Source: Candidatus Omnitrophota bacterium
Lineage (GTDB): Bacteria; Omnitrophota; Gorgyraeia; Gygaellales; Profunditerraquicolaceae
Length of the DNA: 64,000 nucleotides
NCBI GenBank assembly: GCA_028712255.1
Contig: JAQTQJ010000007.1
Span: forward strand, 10,425-74,424
Reading direction: 5' to 3'
Part shown: piece after piece, positions 39,049 through 48,474 of the stretch
Layout of the letters: every line of letters begins with the position of its first letter
Position numbering within the stretch: the stretch's first letter is position 1
Made by a program: the position numbers and the translations under genes
Notes under the pieces: generated by a model
Database searches by the model: none
What the model was told of the DNA's origin: nothing
The model's input: only the letters and a program-made list of their open reading frames with translations

Positions 39049-40472
39049 AAATATTGGCTATAATTATACCGCACAGCGATAGACATAGTGGTGATTATTC
39101 AATGCTTAACTTTCCTATAGGCATGGCGTATGTGATTGCTTCGGTGCGGGAGAAGATTAAGGGGGCCAGTATAGTTGTCTCTGATTTTAGCGTTGACCAC
39201 ATAGTCTCAGAAGAGTCGATCAAAGATAGGTTACGAAGCGTAAGCATTGATTTTAAGCCCGATTACGTTATATATGGTTCAATGATTACGAGGTTTTCGT
39301 ATATAAAGTCTCTCAGTCGGATTATAAAAGAGATTTTTCCTTCAGCAAAGCAGGTTTTAGGAGGATCTGCGGCTGGCAGCGGATATAAATTTTTCTTAGA
39401 CGATGGCATAATAGACTTTTTGGTTGCAGGAGAAGGTGAAGAAGCAATGGTGGATATTTTGTCTGATAACTGGCAGAATAATCCTTCTATCATTGGCCCG
39501 GGCGGTAGAATTGTTCCGGAGAAAAGGGCTATAAAAGATATAAACTCCCTACCAATGCCATCGTATAAAGATTTCAATGTGAAAGCTTATATAGATAATA
39601 ACTTTCTGAATACTGGATGGCGGTATATGCCCATTATTACTAGCCGCGGTTGTCCTTTTGCGTGTAATTTTTGTTACCCAAACTTCGGTAATGTCGTACG
39701 TTTACGTTCGGAGGATATGGTAATTGACGAGATAAAATATCTGAATAAGAATTATGGCATAGAGGCGGTATACTTTTGGGATGAGATTCAGTTTCTTAAT
39801 AAAGAGTGGGTAGAAAGTTTTTGCCGTAAGCTTCTGGATAAGAAAATAAATATAAAATGGGTATGCGCAGGCCGCGCGTCACTGTTGCAGAAAAATGATC
39901 TGTCTCTTTTGCGACTGGCAAAGAAGGCCGGTTGCCTTAGAATATCTATAGGTATTGAATCTGGTAATCAGGGTATTCTTGATATGATGAACAAGAATAC
40001 GAAAGTTAAACAGATAGAGGATTCTATAAGGATTATAAGAGCGGCCGGTATAAAAGCTACAGGGACAATTCTTGCCGGGTACCTTGGGGAGACTCGTGAA
40101 ACACTTCATGATACGATTAAGTTCGCCAATAGGAATCTATTGAAGACAGCGTTCTGTTGTCTTATACCTTTGCCCGGATCTAAAATATATGACTATTGCA
40201 TTTCTAAAAATCTGATAAAAGATGAGTACGCGTATCTTAAAAAAGTATCCTTAGAAGGTGGCGATGCATCGCATATTGTTTTTAATCTTACCAAGATGGA
40301 TGATCAGGCATATATTCGTGAGATCGGTATAGCAAATGAGAAAGTCGGTAGGATTAGGCTGAAAAGCATATTTGATTATTATGGATTAGGCATGGGCTTG
40401 ATAAAATACTTTGATAATTTACGCAGGGCTATCCTCATGAGAGTGCAAGGTAGGAGATTTGAGACCATGTGA
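39045..40472 (+). CDS. B12-binding domain radical SAM enzyme
   Basis: CxxxCxxC motif 'TSRGCPFACNFCYP' with an N-terminal B12-binding-like region. Confidence 0.85.
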   Translation: MKILAIIIPHSDRHSGDYSMLNFPIGMAYVIASVREKIKGASIVVSDFSVDHIVSEESIKDRLRSVSIDFKPDYVIYGSMITRFSYIKSLSRIIKEIFPSAKQVLGGSAAGSGYKFFLDDGIIDFLVAGEGEEAMVDILSDNWQNNPSIIGPGGRIVPEKRAIKDINSLPMPSYKDFNVKAYIDNNFLNTGWRYMPIITSRGCPFACNFCYPNFGNVVRLRSEDMVIDEIKYLNKNYGIEAVYFWDEIQFLNKEWVESFCRKLLDKKINIKWVCAGRASLLQKNDLSLLRLAKKAGCLRISIGIESGNQGILDMMNKNTKVKQIEDSIRIIRAAGIKATGTILAGYLGETRETLHDTIKFANRNLLKTAFCCLIPLPGSKIYDYCISKNLIKDEYAYLKKVSLEGGDASHIVFNLTKMDDQAYIREIGIANEKVGRIRLKSIFDYYGLGMGLIKYFDNLRRAILMRVQGRRFETM

Positions 40473-40485
40473 TGTGTTGAGTTGA

Positions 40486-40516
40486 GAATAAGATCTTATG
40501 ATGAAGTAACTATAAT
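40486..40516 (+). promoter_or_regulatory. Candidate sigma70-like promoter elements (TTGAGA ... TATAAT) in the only ~90-nt intergenic gap
   Basis: 'ttgaga' at 40482-40487 and 'tataat' at 40511-40516, with non-ideal 23-nt spacing. A strong RBS 'ggagggg' at 40552-40558 precedes GTG 40563. Confidence 0.25.
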
Positions 40517-40562
40517 TGCGATAGTTTAATCAGTGTAATATTAGAAAAAACGGAGGGGAAGG

Positions 40563-41531
40563 GTGAAATTTACCATAGGTTTTGAAAAAGATGATGCAAA
40601 GATATTACACAAATATTGGGACGAGATTATAGAAACGCAGAAATGGTCAGAAGGAAAATTTACTTCCTTATTTGAAGAAAAGTGGTCAAGAAGCAATGGT
40701 TTATCAGCTGTTTCTTTCTCAAGTTGGGGAGGAGCTGCATTGGCTGCGCTTGAATTCTTTGATTTAAAAGGTAAAACAGTTTTGTGTCCGTCTAATACCT
40801 TTATGGCAACGCCACTTAGCGTTATTAAAGCTGGTGGAAATGTTGAATTTGTAGATTGCAATAAGGATGATTTATGTATATCTCTGGATGATCTTAAGGA
40901 GAAAGTAGGGAAATATAGGCCGGCAGCTGTTTGGATTGTTCATATCGGTGGTCATATAGCGTTTCAGATTGAAGCGATAGCTAAGTATTGTAAAGAAAAG
41001 AGAATTATTTTATTAGAAGATTGTGCACATGCGCACGGCGCAGAATGGAATGGTAAAAAGCCTGGACAATGGGGTGACGCTGGCGTTTATTCATTTTATG
41101 CGACAAAGACAATTTCAACCGGAGAAGGCGGAATGCTGGTTACTGATAATAGCGGTTTGATAGAATTTGCAAAAAAATACAGGAATTACGGTAAATTCGA
41201 ATATAAGGTGGAGGGTTTGAATTACAGAATGAATGAATTTATCGCTGCTATTGGATGCGTACAGGCCGATAGGCTTAAAGATATAGTGGCATGGAAGAAT
41301 ACCTATGCAAAAAAACATCTTGATCCAAAATTCTCAAAAAGGCTTGTTTTTCCGGATGGAATGATTTCGGGTTATTATAAATACATAATTTTTGAGCAAG
41401 TAGAAAAATCAACAGGTAAGGTTTATGACATGCCTTGCCATCGTATCATGGGCAAAGATTATGAGCTTCCCAATACGGAATGGGTTACAAAGAATCATTG
41501 GTGCGTACCCATTTATTATAAGGGCGAATAA
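40563..41531 (+). CDS. DegT/DnrJ/EryC1/StrS-family PLP-dependent sugar aminotransferase
   Basis: 'SWGGAALAALEFF', 'CPSNTFMATPL' and the PLP-lysine region 'YATKTISTGEGG'. GTG start with RBS. Confidence 0.8.
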   Translation: MKFTIGFEKDDAKILHKYWDEIIETQKWSEGKFTSLFEEKWSRSNGLSAVSFSSWGGAALAALEFFDLKGKTVLCPSNTFMATPLSVIKAGGNVEFVDCNKDDLCISLDDLKEKVGKYRPAAVWIVHIGGHIAFQIEAIAKYCKEKRIILLEDCAHAHGAEWNGKKPGQWGDAGVYSFYATKTISTGEGGMLVTDNSGLIEFAKKYRNYGKFEYKVEGLNYRMNEFIAAIGCVQADRLKDIVAWKNTYAKKHLDPKFSKRLVFPDGMISGYYKYIIFEQVEKSTGKVYDMPCHRIMGKDYELPNTEWVTKNHWCVPIYYKGE

Positions 41532-41552
41532 TATTAAATAGGAGGGATAGTT

Positions 41553-42497
41553 ATGAAAGTTTTAGTGACAGGTGGTTCCGGTTTTATTGGTTCACATGTG
41601 GTAGATAAACTAAGAGATAAAGGTGTAGAGGTAAGGGTTTATGATGGTATTATGCCTTCTTTTCGTAAGGATATTGAGTTTTACCAGGGGAGTATCCTTG
41701 ATAAAACTTCTCTTGGTTTTGCTCTTAACGGAGTGGATGCGATATTTCATTTGGCTGCGGTTGCAGACGTAAAGGATGTTTATAACAATCCGTATGACTC
41801 AGAGGCAATTAATGTTCGCGGCACGATTAATGTATTGGAAGCCGCGCGTAATACTAATGTTAGAAGGATTGTTTATGGAAGTACTACTTGGGTTTATAGT
41901 GAAGCTTCTTCTAATAATGTTGATGAATCAACCCCGCTTCATGCGCCTACACACCTTTATACTGCTACAAAGTTAACCGGAGAATATTACTGCCAATCTT
42001 ACAGTAAGCTTTATGGTATGGAAGTAACCATTCTCCGTTATGGCATTCCATATGGCCCTCGTGCAAGAGACGGTGCGGTCATCCCGATTTTTGTAAGGAA
42101 GGCTATTAATGGAGAGCCACTTACTATTGCAGGTGATGGCTCACAATTTAGGAAATTTATATATGTTGAAGATTTAGCTGAAGGTAATGTTTTGGGCCTA
42201 AAAAATATTGCCAAGAATAAAATCTACAATTTAGACGGTAAGGAAAAGGTTACGATTAAACAGATAGCTGAGACTATTAAAAAGATTCTAGGCAATGTAA
42301 AGATTGAATATACTCCTGCTAGGCCGGGAGATTTTTCCGGTAAAGAGGTCTCTAGTGAATTGGCGGCAGAAGAGTTAAGCTGGGAACCAAAAATTAGCTT
42401 TGAAGAAGGGGTAGGTAGATATATAAAATGGTATAAAGAGCGAGATGAGAAACGTAAAGCTGATTGGGATCAAATTGACGGAATATTGAAAAAATAA
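41553..42497 (+). CDS. NAD-dependent epimerase/dehydratase (PseB/UDP-sugar 4,6-dehydratase candidate)
   Basis: 'VLVTGGSGFIGSHVV' and YxxxK 'YTATK'. RBS 'aggaggg' upstream. Confidence 0.75.
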   Translation: MKVLVTGGSGFIGSHVVDKLRDKGVEVRVYDGIMPSFRKDIEFYQGSILDKTSLGFALNGVDAIFHLAAVADVKDVYNNPYDSEAINVRGTINVLEAARNTNVRRIVYGSTTWVYSEASSNNVDESTPLHAPTHLYTATKLTGEYYCQSYSKLYGMEVTILRYGIPYGPRARDGAVIPIFVRKAINGEPLTIAGDGSQFRKFIYVEDLAEGNVLGLKNIAKNKIYNLDGKEKVTIKQIAETIKKILGNVKIEYTPARPGDFSGKEVSSELAAEELSWEPKISFEEGVGRYIKWYKERDEKRKADWDQIDGILKK

Positions 42498-42506
42498 GAG
42501 GACAAA

Positions 42507-43181
42507 ATGGCAAAGCATAAAGTCTTAATTATCGCTGCCCACATGGATGATGAAGTACTTGGGTGTGGTGGAATAATCTGTAAGCATAAAGCTGCAGGGG
42601 ATAAGGTTACTGTAATTTTTGTTGCCCATCGGATTTACAATCATTGTTTTAATAAAGAAGAGAATGGGGTTGAGGAAAAGCATGCTTTAAAAGCAAAGAA
42701 AGCGTTAGGATATGATAACGTGGTATTTTTAGGTTTAAATGATGAAAGGCTTGATGCCTGCCTGCAGGATCTTATTATACCCATGGAAAAGCATGTTAAA
42801 GCCATAAAACCTGATATTGTTTATTTACCCTTTAGACAGGATAATAATCAGGATCATCGTGCTGTTTTTGATGCTGCCAGAGTTGCCCTAAGACCTGCTG
42901 TAACTCCTTTTATAAAAGAAATTAATATGTATGAAGTTTCTTCTTCTACGGAGCAATCCCCTCCGTTAATTGAAACTGCATTCTTGCCCAATTTTTATGT
43001 AAATATTAGCCATTTTATCAACAAGAAGATAAAAGGGTTGGCATGTTATGAAACAGAAAGCAGATTGTATCCTCATCCTAGGTCAGAAAAAGCTCTCAAA
43101 GCTTTGGCTCAGAAAAGAGGTACGGAAATCGGCTATGATTATGCTGAAGCTTTTGTTAGTATAAGGAGGAAATGGGAATGA
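42507..43181 (+). CDS. PIG-L/LmbE-family N-acetylglucosaminyl deacetylase
   Basis: 'VLIIAAHMDDEVLGCGG' is the PIG-L signature. Confidence 0.8.
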   Translation: MAKHKVLIIAAHMDDEVLGCGGIICKHKAAGDKVTVIFVAHRIYNHCFNKEENGVEEKHALKAKKALGYDNVVFLGLNDERLDACLQDLIIPMEKHVKAIKPDIVYLPFRQDNNQDHRAVFDAARVALRPAVTPFIKEINMYEVSSSTEQSPPLIETAFLPNFYVNISHFINKKIKGLACYETESRLYPHPRSEKALKALAQKRGTEIGYDYAEAFVSIRRKWE

Positions 43182-43801
43182 TACTGGGGATAACTCCTGC
43201 TCGTGGTGGTAGCAAAGGCATTCCAAGAAAAAATATAAAAATGATTGCCGATAAACCTTTACTTGCCTGGACGATTGAGGCAGCGAAAAAATCAAAACTT
43301 ATAGATAAATATGTTGTGTCAACAGAAGATAAAGAAATAGCCGAAGTAGCTCAAAGGTTCGGGGCAGAGGTTCTTTTACGTCCTGTTGAACTTGCTACAG
43401 ATGAAGCTTCAACTGAAAGCGTTTTAAAACACGCCGTGGATTCTCTTAAATGCGATACCTTAGTTCTTTTACAGGCAACATCCCCAATAAGAAAATCCGG
43501 ATTAATTGATGAATGTGTTAAGGAGTTTATTGATGGCGGTTACGACTCTTTAGCTACAGGTTTTATGTGTAAATATAAGGAATATGGTAAAAATCATTTA
43601 CGCAGGCAGGATATTGAAGGATTTTTTTACGATGATGGCAACGTTTATGTGATGAAGTCTGATTTCGTAAAAAGTGGCGACCGTTATGGTAAAAAAATCG
43701 CAAGGAAGTTTATTAGCCGTTTTGAGAATGTAGAAATTGATGATGAGTTTGATTTTTGGCTAGCGGAGAAAATATTACAAGAGCAAAAGAATGAGGATTA
43801 A
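43172..43801 (+). CDS. Acylneuraminate cytidylyltransferase family (CMP-nonulosonic acid synthetase, NeuA/PseF/LegF-like)
   Basis: 'ILGITPARGGSKGIPRKN' N-terminal CTP-transferase motif. Confidence 0.8.
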   Translation: MGMILGITPARGGSKGIPRKNIKMIADKPLLAWTIEAAKKSKLIDKYVVSTEDKEIAEVAQRFGAEVLLRPVELATDEASTESVLKHAVDSLKCDTLVLLQATSPIRKSGLIDECVKEFIDGGYDSLATGFMCKYKEYGKNHLRRQDIEGFFYDDGNVYVMKSDFVKSGDRYGKKIARKFISRFENVEIDDEFDFWLAEKILQEQKNED

Positions 43802-44852
43802 TAAAGACCAGATCTGTATTTCCGAACGGAAAGATTTAAAGTTTAATTATCTCCGCGGCCGCGGGCATTTGGTTGCTTACCTGTTGAATCGTTGGCAGTG
43901 GTATAATCTTCCCCGATTTCATCATGTTTCTAAATTTCCTATTCATCTGGACATAGAGACATCGGCTTTATGTAATATGCAGTGCCCGATGTGTTTTACT
44001 ACTACTGGTGATTTTAGGCAGAAGGTAGACAAAGGATTCATGGATTTTTCGTTATTTAAGAAAATTATCGATGAGGCGGTTAGTTATAAGATATATTCCA
44101 TACGCCTAAGCCACCGTGGTGAGCCGTTTATTAATCCGCAGATAGTTGATTTTATCTCTTATGCTAAAAGAGCCGGAGTAAAAGAGGTATCATCTTTGAG
44201 TAATATTCTAGCCTTGACTCCTGAACTTTTCGAAAAATCAATGAAGGCTGGGCTCGATTGGTTGACCATTTCTTTTGACGGCTTAAAAGAAAATTATGAA
44301 AAAATAAGAAAGCCGGCTGTTTTTGAAGAGTCGGTGCAGAAGATAAAAGAATATAAGCGTATAAAAGAGGCTGCCAAATCAAGTAAACCGGTTATAAAAA
44401 TACAATCAGTTTGGCCGGCAATTAAGGACTGCGCGGATGAATACATAGACTTATTTGATCCATATGTCGATGCCATTACTTCTAACCCTCTTATTGATTA
44501 TTTGCATAATGATGAACTTGAAAAAATAGAGTATTGGGAGAATTTTGATTGCCCGGTACCTTATCAAAGGTTAACTATTCTTTTTGATGGTTTGGTTCCG
44601 TATTGTCATAACGATGAATTCAATACATTTATTATTGGTGATATAAAGCTGGATAAGGTTTACAATATTTGGAACGGACTTCATATGACAAAAGTACGCC
44701 AAAGCCACAGAGAACATAAGGGAGTAGAATTATTAAGTGCCTGTAAACGTTGTTTTTTACCTCGGAAGGTCGAACCTATTGTGGAAAATTTTGGTGGTAA
44801 GAAGGTTATTGTTGAGAAATATACAAAACGGATTGAAGAGATTGGTAAATAA
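43791..44852 (+). CDS. Radical SAM enzyme
   Basis: 'ETSALCNMQCPMC' CxxxCxxC motif. The C-terminal 'CKRC' may be an auxiliary cluster. Confidence 0.7.
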   Translation: MRINKDQICISERKDLKFNYLRGRGHLVAYLLNRWQWYNLPRFHHVSKFPIHLDIETSALCNMQCPMCFTTTGDFRQKVDKGFMDFSLFKKIIDEAVSYKIYSIRLSHRGEPFINPQIVDFISYAKRAGVKEVSSLSNILALTPELFEKSMKAGLDWLTISFDGLKENYEKIRKPAVFEESVQKIKEYKRIKEAAKSSKPVIKIQSVWPAIKDCADEYIDLFDPYVDAITSNPLIDYLHNDELEKIEYWENFDCPVPYQRLTILFDGLVPYCHNDEFNTFIIGDIKLDKVYNIWNGLHMTKVRQSHREHKGVELLSACKRCFLPRKVEPIVENFGGKKVIVEKYTKRIEEIGK

Positions 44853-44855
44853 CAG

Positions 44856-45572
44856 ATGATTGTTACTATTCATCAGCCGGAACATCTGCCTTGGCTGGGG
44901 TTTTTTCACAAGCTCAATATGGCTGAAACTTACGTTGTCCTTGATAACGTTCAGTATCGCCGCAGGTATTTTCAGAACAGAAATAAAATTCGCACCAAAA
45001 ATGGCTGGAAATGGATAGGTATTTCACTTATAAAGGAGGCAAGGGATAATTTACTGATAAAAGATGTAAAGATTTTTAAGGAAGATATTGAGTGGAGGTC
45101 AGATAACCTTAAGACAGTTCATCAGAGTTATTCTAAAGCTAAATATTTTGATTTTTTTTGGCCTGAATTTCAGAAAATTTACTCTTCAGATTATGATCAT
45201 CTAATTGATTTAAATATTGCTTTCATAAAGCTTATCTTAAAGAAACTGGGGATAGTAAGGGAAGTTATACTTGCTTCTCAATTGAATGTAGATGGAGAAA
45301 AAGGGGATTTGATATTTAATATCACTAAAACATTGAACGCCAAAACTTATGTTTCAGGAATTTCCGGTAAGGATTATCTCGATATGAAAAAGTTCAGTGA
45401 AAATGGAATAAAAGTTATAATTCAGGAGTTTCACCATCCAGTTTATTCTCAGTTACTTACTCCTTTTTTACCATGCATGTCGGTGATTGATCTTTTATTT
45501 AATTATGGTCCTGGGAGTCTGGATATTATCAATGGCATCGGTGTCCCAATTTTGGAGGAAGTTTTTTTATAA
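44856..45572 (+). CDS. WbqC-like family protein
   Basis: N-terminal 'IVTIHQPEHLPWLGFFHKL...VVLDNVQYRRRYFQNRNKI' is characteristic of the WbqC-like family. Confidence 0.7.
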   Translation: MIVTIHQPEHLPWLGFFHKLNMAETYVVLDNVQYRRRYFQNRNKIRTKNGWKWIGISLIKEARDNLLIKDVKIFKEDIEWRSDNLKTVHQSYSKAKYFDFFWPEFQKIYSSDYDHLIDLNIAFIKLILKKLGIVREVILASQLNVDGEKGDLIFNITKTLNAKTYVSGISGKDYLDMKKFSENGIKVIIQEFHHPVYSQLLTPFLPCMSVIDLLFNYGPGSLDIINGIGVPILEEVFL

Positions 45573-46459
45573 TGAAAAAAGCTACGTATGAGACTTTAAT
45601 CATCGCGGAGATAGGGGAATGTTTTAATGGTGATTTTACTATAGCCAAGGAATTGATGCGGGAGGCGAAAAAATCCGGCTGTGATATAGTTAAATTTCAG
45701 ACTCTTGATTATGAAAATATTTCCTTAAGCGACCCGGAAAAAGAATGGTTTTTAAAGATTGCATTAAACCCAGAAAAAATAAGAAAGCTGATTGCTTATG
45801 CAAGAAAAATAAGGATTCGCATACTTTTTAGCCCGGAAAATATAAAGACCTGTCAGTGGCTTCTGGACGCAGGCTTAGAAGACGTAAAGATTGCAAGTAG
45901 CTCGATAACTGACGTAGAGTTAATTAGTTTTGTAAATAAGAATTTCAGATGCGTCTTTATTTCAACGGGAATGGCTTCTTTGAAAGAAGTAAGAGAAATT
46001 GTGCATAATCTGAAGAATGTCTATGAGTTATATATAATGCATTGCGTCTCTGAATATCCAACCGGTCCGCTGCTTAAGAGGAGAGGATTATGTGCGCTTG
46101 CTCCGGAGGATGTCCATTTAAATATGATGAAGATTCTAATGCAGATATTCCCTCATTACAAGATAGGATATTCCGATCATACTGCCGGAATATTTGCTCC
46201 TTTAGTGGCTGTTGCCGCTGGAGCTGAGGTTATAGAAAAACATATTACCTTAGATAGAAAAGTTCCACTTCGTAATTATAATACTGGCAAAGAATACCTC
46301 GGTACGGATCATGTATTGTCGCTTGAACCATTCGAGCTCAAGGAGATGGTTTGTAAAATTCGCGAAATAGAACACATGCTAGGTAAGTGGAAGTGGGAAC
46401 GTTCTGAGGGCGAAAAATTGTTAAGAGGATTCTTACGGAAAAGGTTTTCGGGTGTATAA
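45572..46459 (+). CDS. NeuB-family nonulosonic acid synthase (N-acetylneuraminate/pseudaminate synthase-like), lacking the C-terminal SAF domain
   Basis: 'LIIAEIGECFNGDFTIAKELMREAKKSGCDIVKFQT' is the NeuB TIM-barrel N-terminus. At 295 aa it is shorter than typical NeuB/PseI (~340 aa). Confidence 0.75.
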   Translation: MKKATYETLIIAEIGECFNGDFTIAKELMREAKKSGCDIVKFQTLDYENISLSDPEKEWFLKIALNPEKIRKLIAYARKIRIRILFSPENIKTCQWLLDAGLEDVKIASSSITDVELISFVNKNFRCVFISTGMASLKEVREIVHNLKNVYELYIMHCVSEYPTGPLLKRRGLCALAPEDVHLNMMKILMQIFPHYKIGYSDHTAGIFAPLVAVAAGAEVIEKHITLDRKVPLRNYNTGKEYLGTDHVLSLEPFELKEMVCKIREIEHMLGKWKWERSEGEKLLRGFLRKRFSGV

Positions 46460-47474
46460 GGCGAGAATTGTTATAAAAACTAAAGGAAGTCATTCTCAGG
46501 GCATGGGGGATCTTATTTCTTCTCTTGATTTGGGGAGAGAATTAAGAAAGCTGAACAAAAACATATTTTTCTTGGTAAATAAAGATAAGATAGCCTCAAA
46601 TTTTATTCGGAATAATGGTTTTCCGGTAAAAGAAATCGATAGTTTGAGCGATCTTGGGTTATTTTTAAAGGAAAAGTTTTTCGATATTTCTATTTTGAAC
46701 CAGCTTAATACAGAGAGCAGAGAAGTAATTCTGTTTAAGAAGCATTCAAGGAGATTGGTAACGATTGAAGATGTTGGAAAATCTAGCCTATTAGCTGATC
46801 TGAGGTTCAATATTCTTTATCCTCAGCCTAAGGCCATAACAGAATTGAGTTTCTTGCCTTTATCTAAAGTTTTTCAAGAAAAACATACTTTACTTAAACA
46901 GATAAAGAAAAAAGCTAAGAACATCCTTGTTTTGCAGGGGGGCAGTGATACCTATGGTTTTACACCTAAAATTATTAAATCACTAAATTCGGTTGATCCG
47001 CAAATAAAAATTAATGTTGTACTTGGACCATATTTTTCTCATTTTAAAGAATTAGATATCGTTCTACGTAATTCTTCTAGGGAGTTCGATATTATTTCTA
47101 ATTGCAGTGATTTATCTTTTCTTATGACGGAAGCTGACATTGCTATTAGTGCTGCAGGCAATACTCTTTTTGAATTAGCCTGTCTTGGCGTGCCGACTAT
47201 GGTAGTTTGTGCAGAAAAATTTGAGGAGATTACGGCAAAGATATTAGAAGAGAAAGGTTTTTGTATTAATTTAGGCTATGGTTCTGATATAAAGGAAAAA
47301 GATATTTTTGCCACTTTGGATAGATTAACAGCTAATTATAAGTTACGTTTTTCCATGAGCAAGAGAGGGAAGGAATTGATAGATGGAGCAGGTATCAAGC
47401 GTATTGTAAATCGTATTGAAAAATTGATTGATAGTATTGACAATAATGAGAAGAGAGGGAAACAAAATGCTTAG
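46452..47474 (+). CDS. PseG-like UDP-sugar hydrolase (GT28 C-terminal-like)
   Basis: N-terminal 'RIVIKTKGSHSQGMGDLISSLDL' and C-terminal 'ISAAGNTLFELACLGVPTMVV'. GTG start overlaps the upstream stop. Confidence 0.65.
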   Translation: MYKARIVIKTKGSHSQGMGDLISSLDLGRELRKLNKNIFFLVNKDKIASNFIRNNGFPVKEIDSLSDLGLFLKEKFFDISILNQLNTESREVILFKKHSRRLVTIEDVGKSSLLADLRFNILYPQPKAITELSFLPLSKVFQEKHTLLKQIKKKAKNILVLQGGSDTYGFTPKIIKSLNSVDPQIKINVVLGPYFSHFKELDIVLRNSSREFDIISNCSDLSFLMTEADIAISAAGNTLFELACLGVPTMVVCAEKFEEITAKILEEKGFCINLGYGSDIKEKDIFATLDRLTANYKLRFSMSKRGKELIDGAGIKRIVNRIEKLIDSIDNNEKRGKQNA

Positions 47475-48474
47475 TAATTCTAAACTTCGAAGTCTCATCA
47501 AGAATTTTTCTGAACTATATTGGCTCAAGCCCATGGATATTATTTGGGATGCTGTTACTGCTTACCATGTACAAGGATGGGTAAAAAAGAGCGATGTTTT
47601 AATGGATTTGGGTTGTGGTGATGGATATTTTAGTGCTTTGATGTTTGGTGCAAAAATACCATTAACCCATGATAGGTTTCTTAACGTGGTTGCTTCTAAT
47701 CAAAAAATAAAAACCAACCAATCTGGTGATATATACAGAAATCAACAGCAGCTTTTAAAATTTGAAAAGGCACCATGGAGAAGAGTAGATTTCGGTTTGG
47801 AACTAAAACCCCATCATATAAGAGTTGCCGATTCGCTAGGTATTTATAAAAAAATTATCAAAGGGATTTTTGAAGAAACAAGTTTGAATGAGAGAAGCAT
47901 AGATAAAGTATATTCTATCTTTGCTTTTTATTGGGGCAGAAATCTGGATAGGCAAATTAACGAAATATATCGTATCTTGAGAGAAGATGGTGAATTTATA
48001 GTTACCTTGCCTAGCGAGCATCTTTCTGGTATGCATATATGTAAAAGGTTGGCAGATGAAGAGAAGAGTAAAAAAGTAAGGTTATATCTTGAAAATCTTG
48101 ATGGGGGCAGGAAGGATTTAACGACCCGTCACTCTAGAAGTGAAAAAGGATGGAAGGATTGGTTTGAGTATCATAACTTTAAAGTTTTAAATATGATACC
48201 AGTCGTTAATAAGGTTATGTTTTTACATCAAGATATTTCACAGAGAGTATTCTTGCCGATTTTGTTTAAAATGTCCAATTCGGAAGATTTTAAGAGATTA
48301 CGTTCTATAGTCAAAAAATATGTTTGTGAAAAGCTATATCCGGATCTGTTAAGCGAGCTGTTAAAATTTGAGTCGGATCATGAGGTGGAACACGCGTATT
48401 ATCTTTTTAGAGTTAAAAAGATAGCAAAAAATAGCGCTGCTAAATTTAACAGAGAATGTCAAAAGCCAGATTAA
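47467..48474 (+). CDS. Class I SAM-dependent methyltransferase
   Basis: Motif I 'VLMDLGCGDGYF'. ATG 47467 is chosen to avoid a 47-nt overlap with the upstream gene. Confidence 0.6.
   Translation: MLSNSKLRSLIKNFSELYWLKPMDIIWDAVTAYHVQGWVKKSDVLMDLGCGDGYFSALMFGAKIPLTHDRFLNVVASNQKIKTNQSGDIYRNQQQLLKFEKAPWRRVDFGLELKPHHIRVADSLGIYKKIIKGIFEETSLNERSIDKVYSIFAFYWGRNLDRQINEIYRILREDGEFIVTLPSEHLSGMHICKRLADEEKSKKVRLYLENLDGGRKDLTTRHSRSEKGWKDWFEYHNFKVLNMIPVVNKVMFLHQDISQRVFLPILFKMSNSEDFKRLRSIVKKYVCEKLYPDLLSELLKFESDHEVEHAYYLFRVKKIAKNSAAKFNRECQKPD

Noticed and set aside
40563-41531. Possible truncation or pseudogene of the DegT aminotransferase (322 aa versus the usual ~370-400).
   Set aside because: N- and C-terminal conserved blocks and the PLP-lysine region are all present in one frame. 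The upstream 90 nt contains stops in all frames and a good RBS. It is probably a compact but intact gene.
45572-46459. Possibility that the NeuB-like gene is a frameshifted pseudogene missing its SAF domain.
   Set aside because: The downstream sequence continues directly, with a 4-nt overlap, into an intact PseG-like gene in another frame. There is no residual SAF-like coding segment. It is reported as an intact but atypically short NeuB-family gene.
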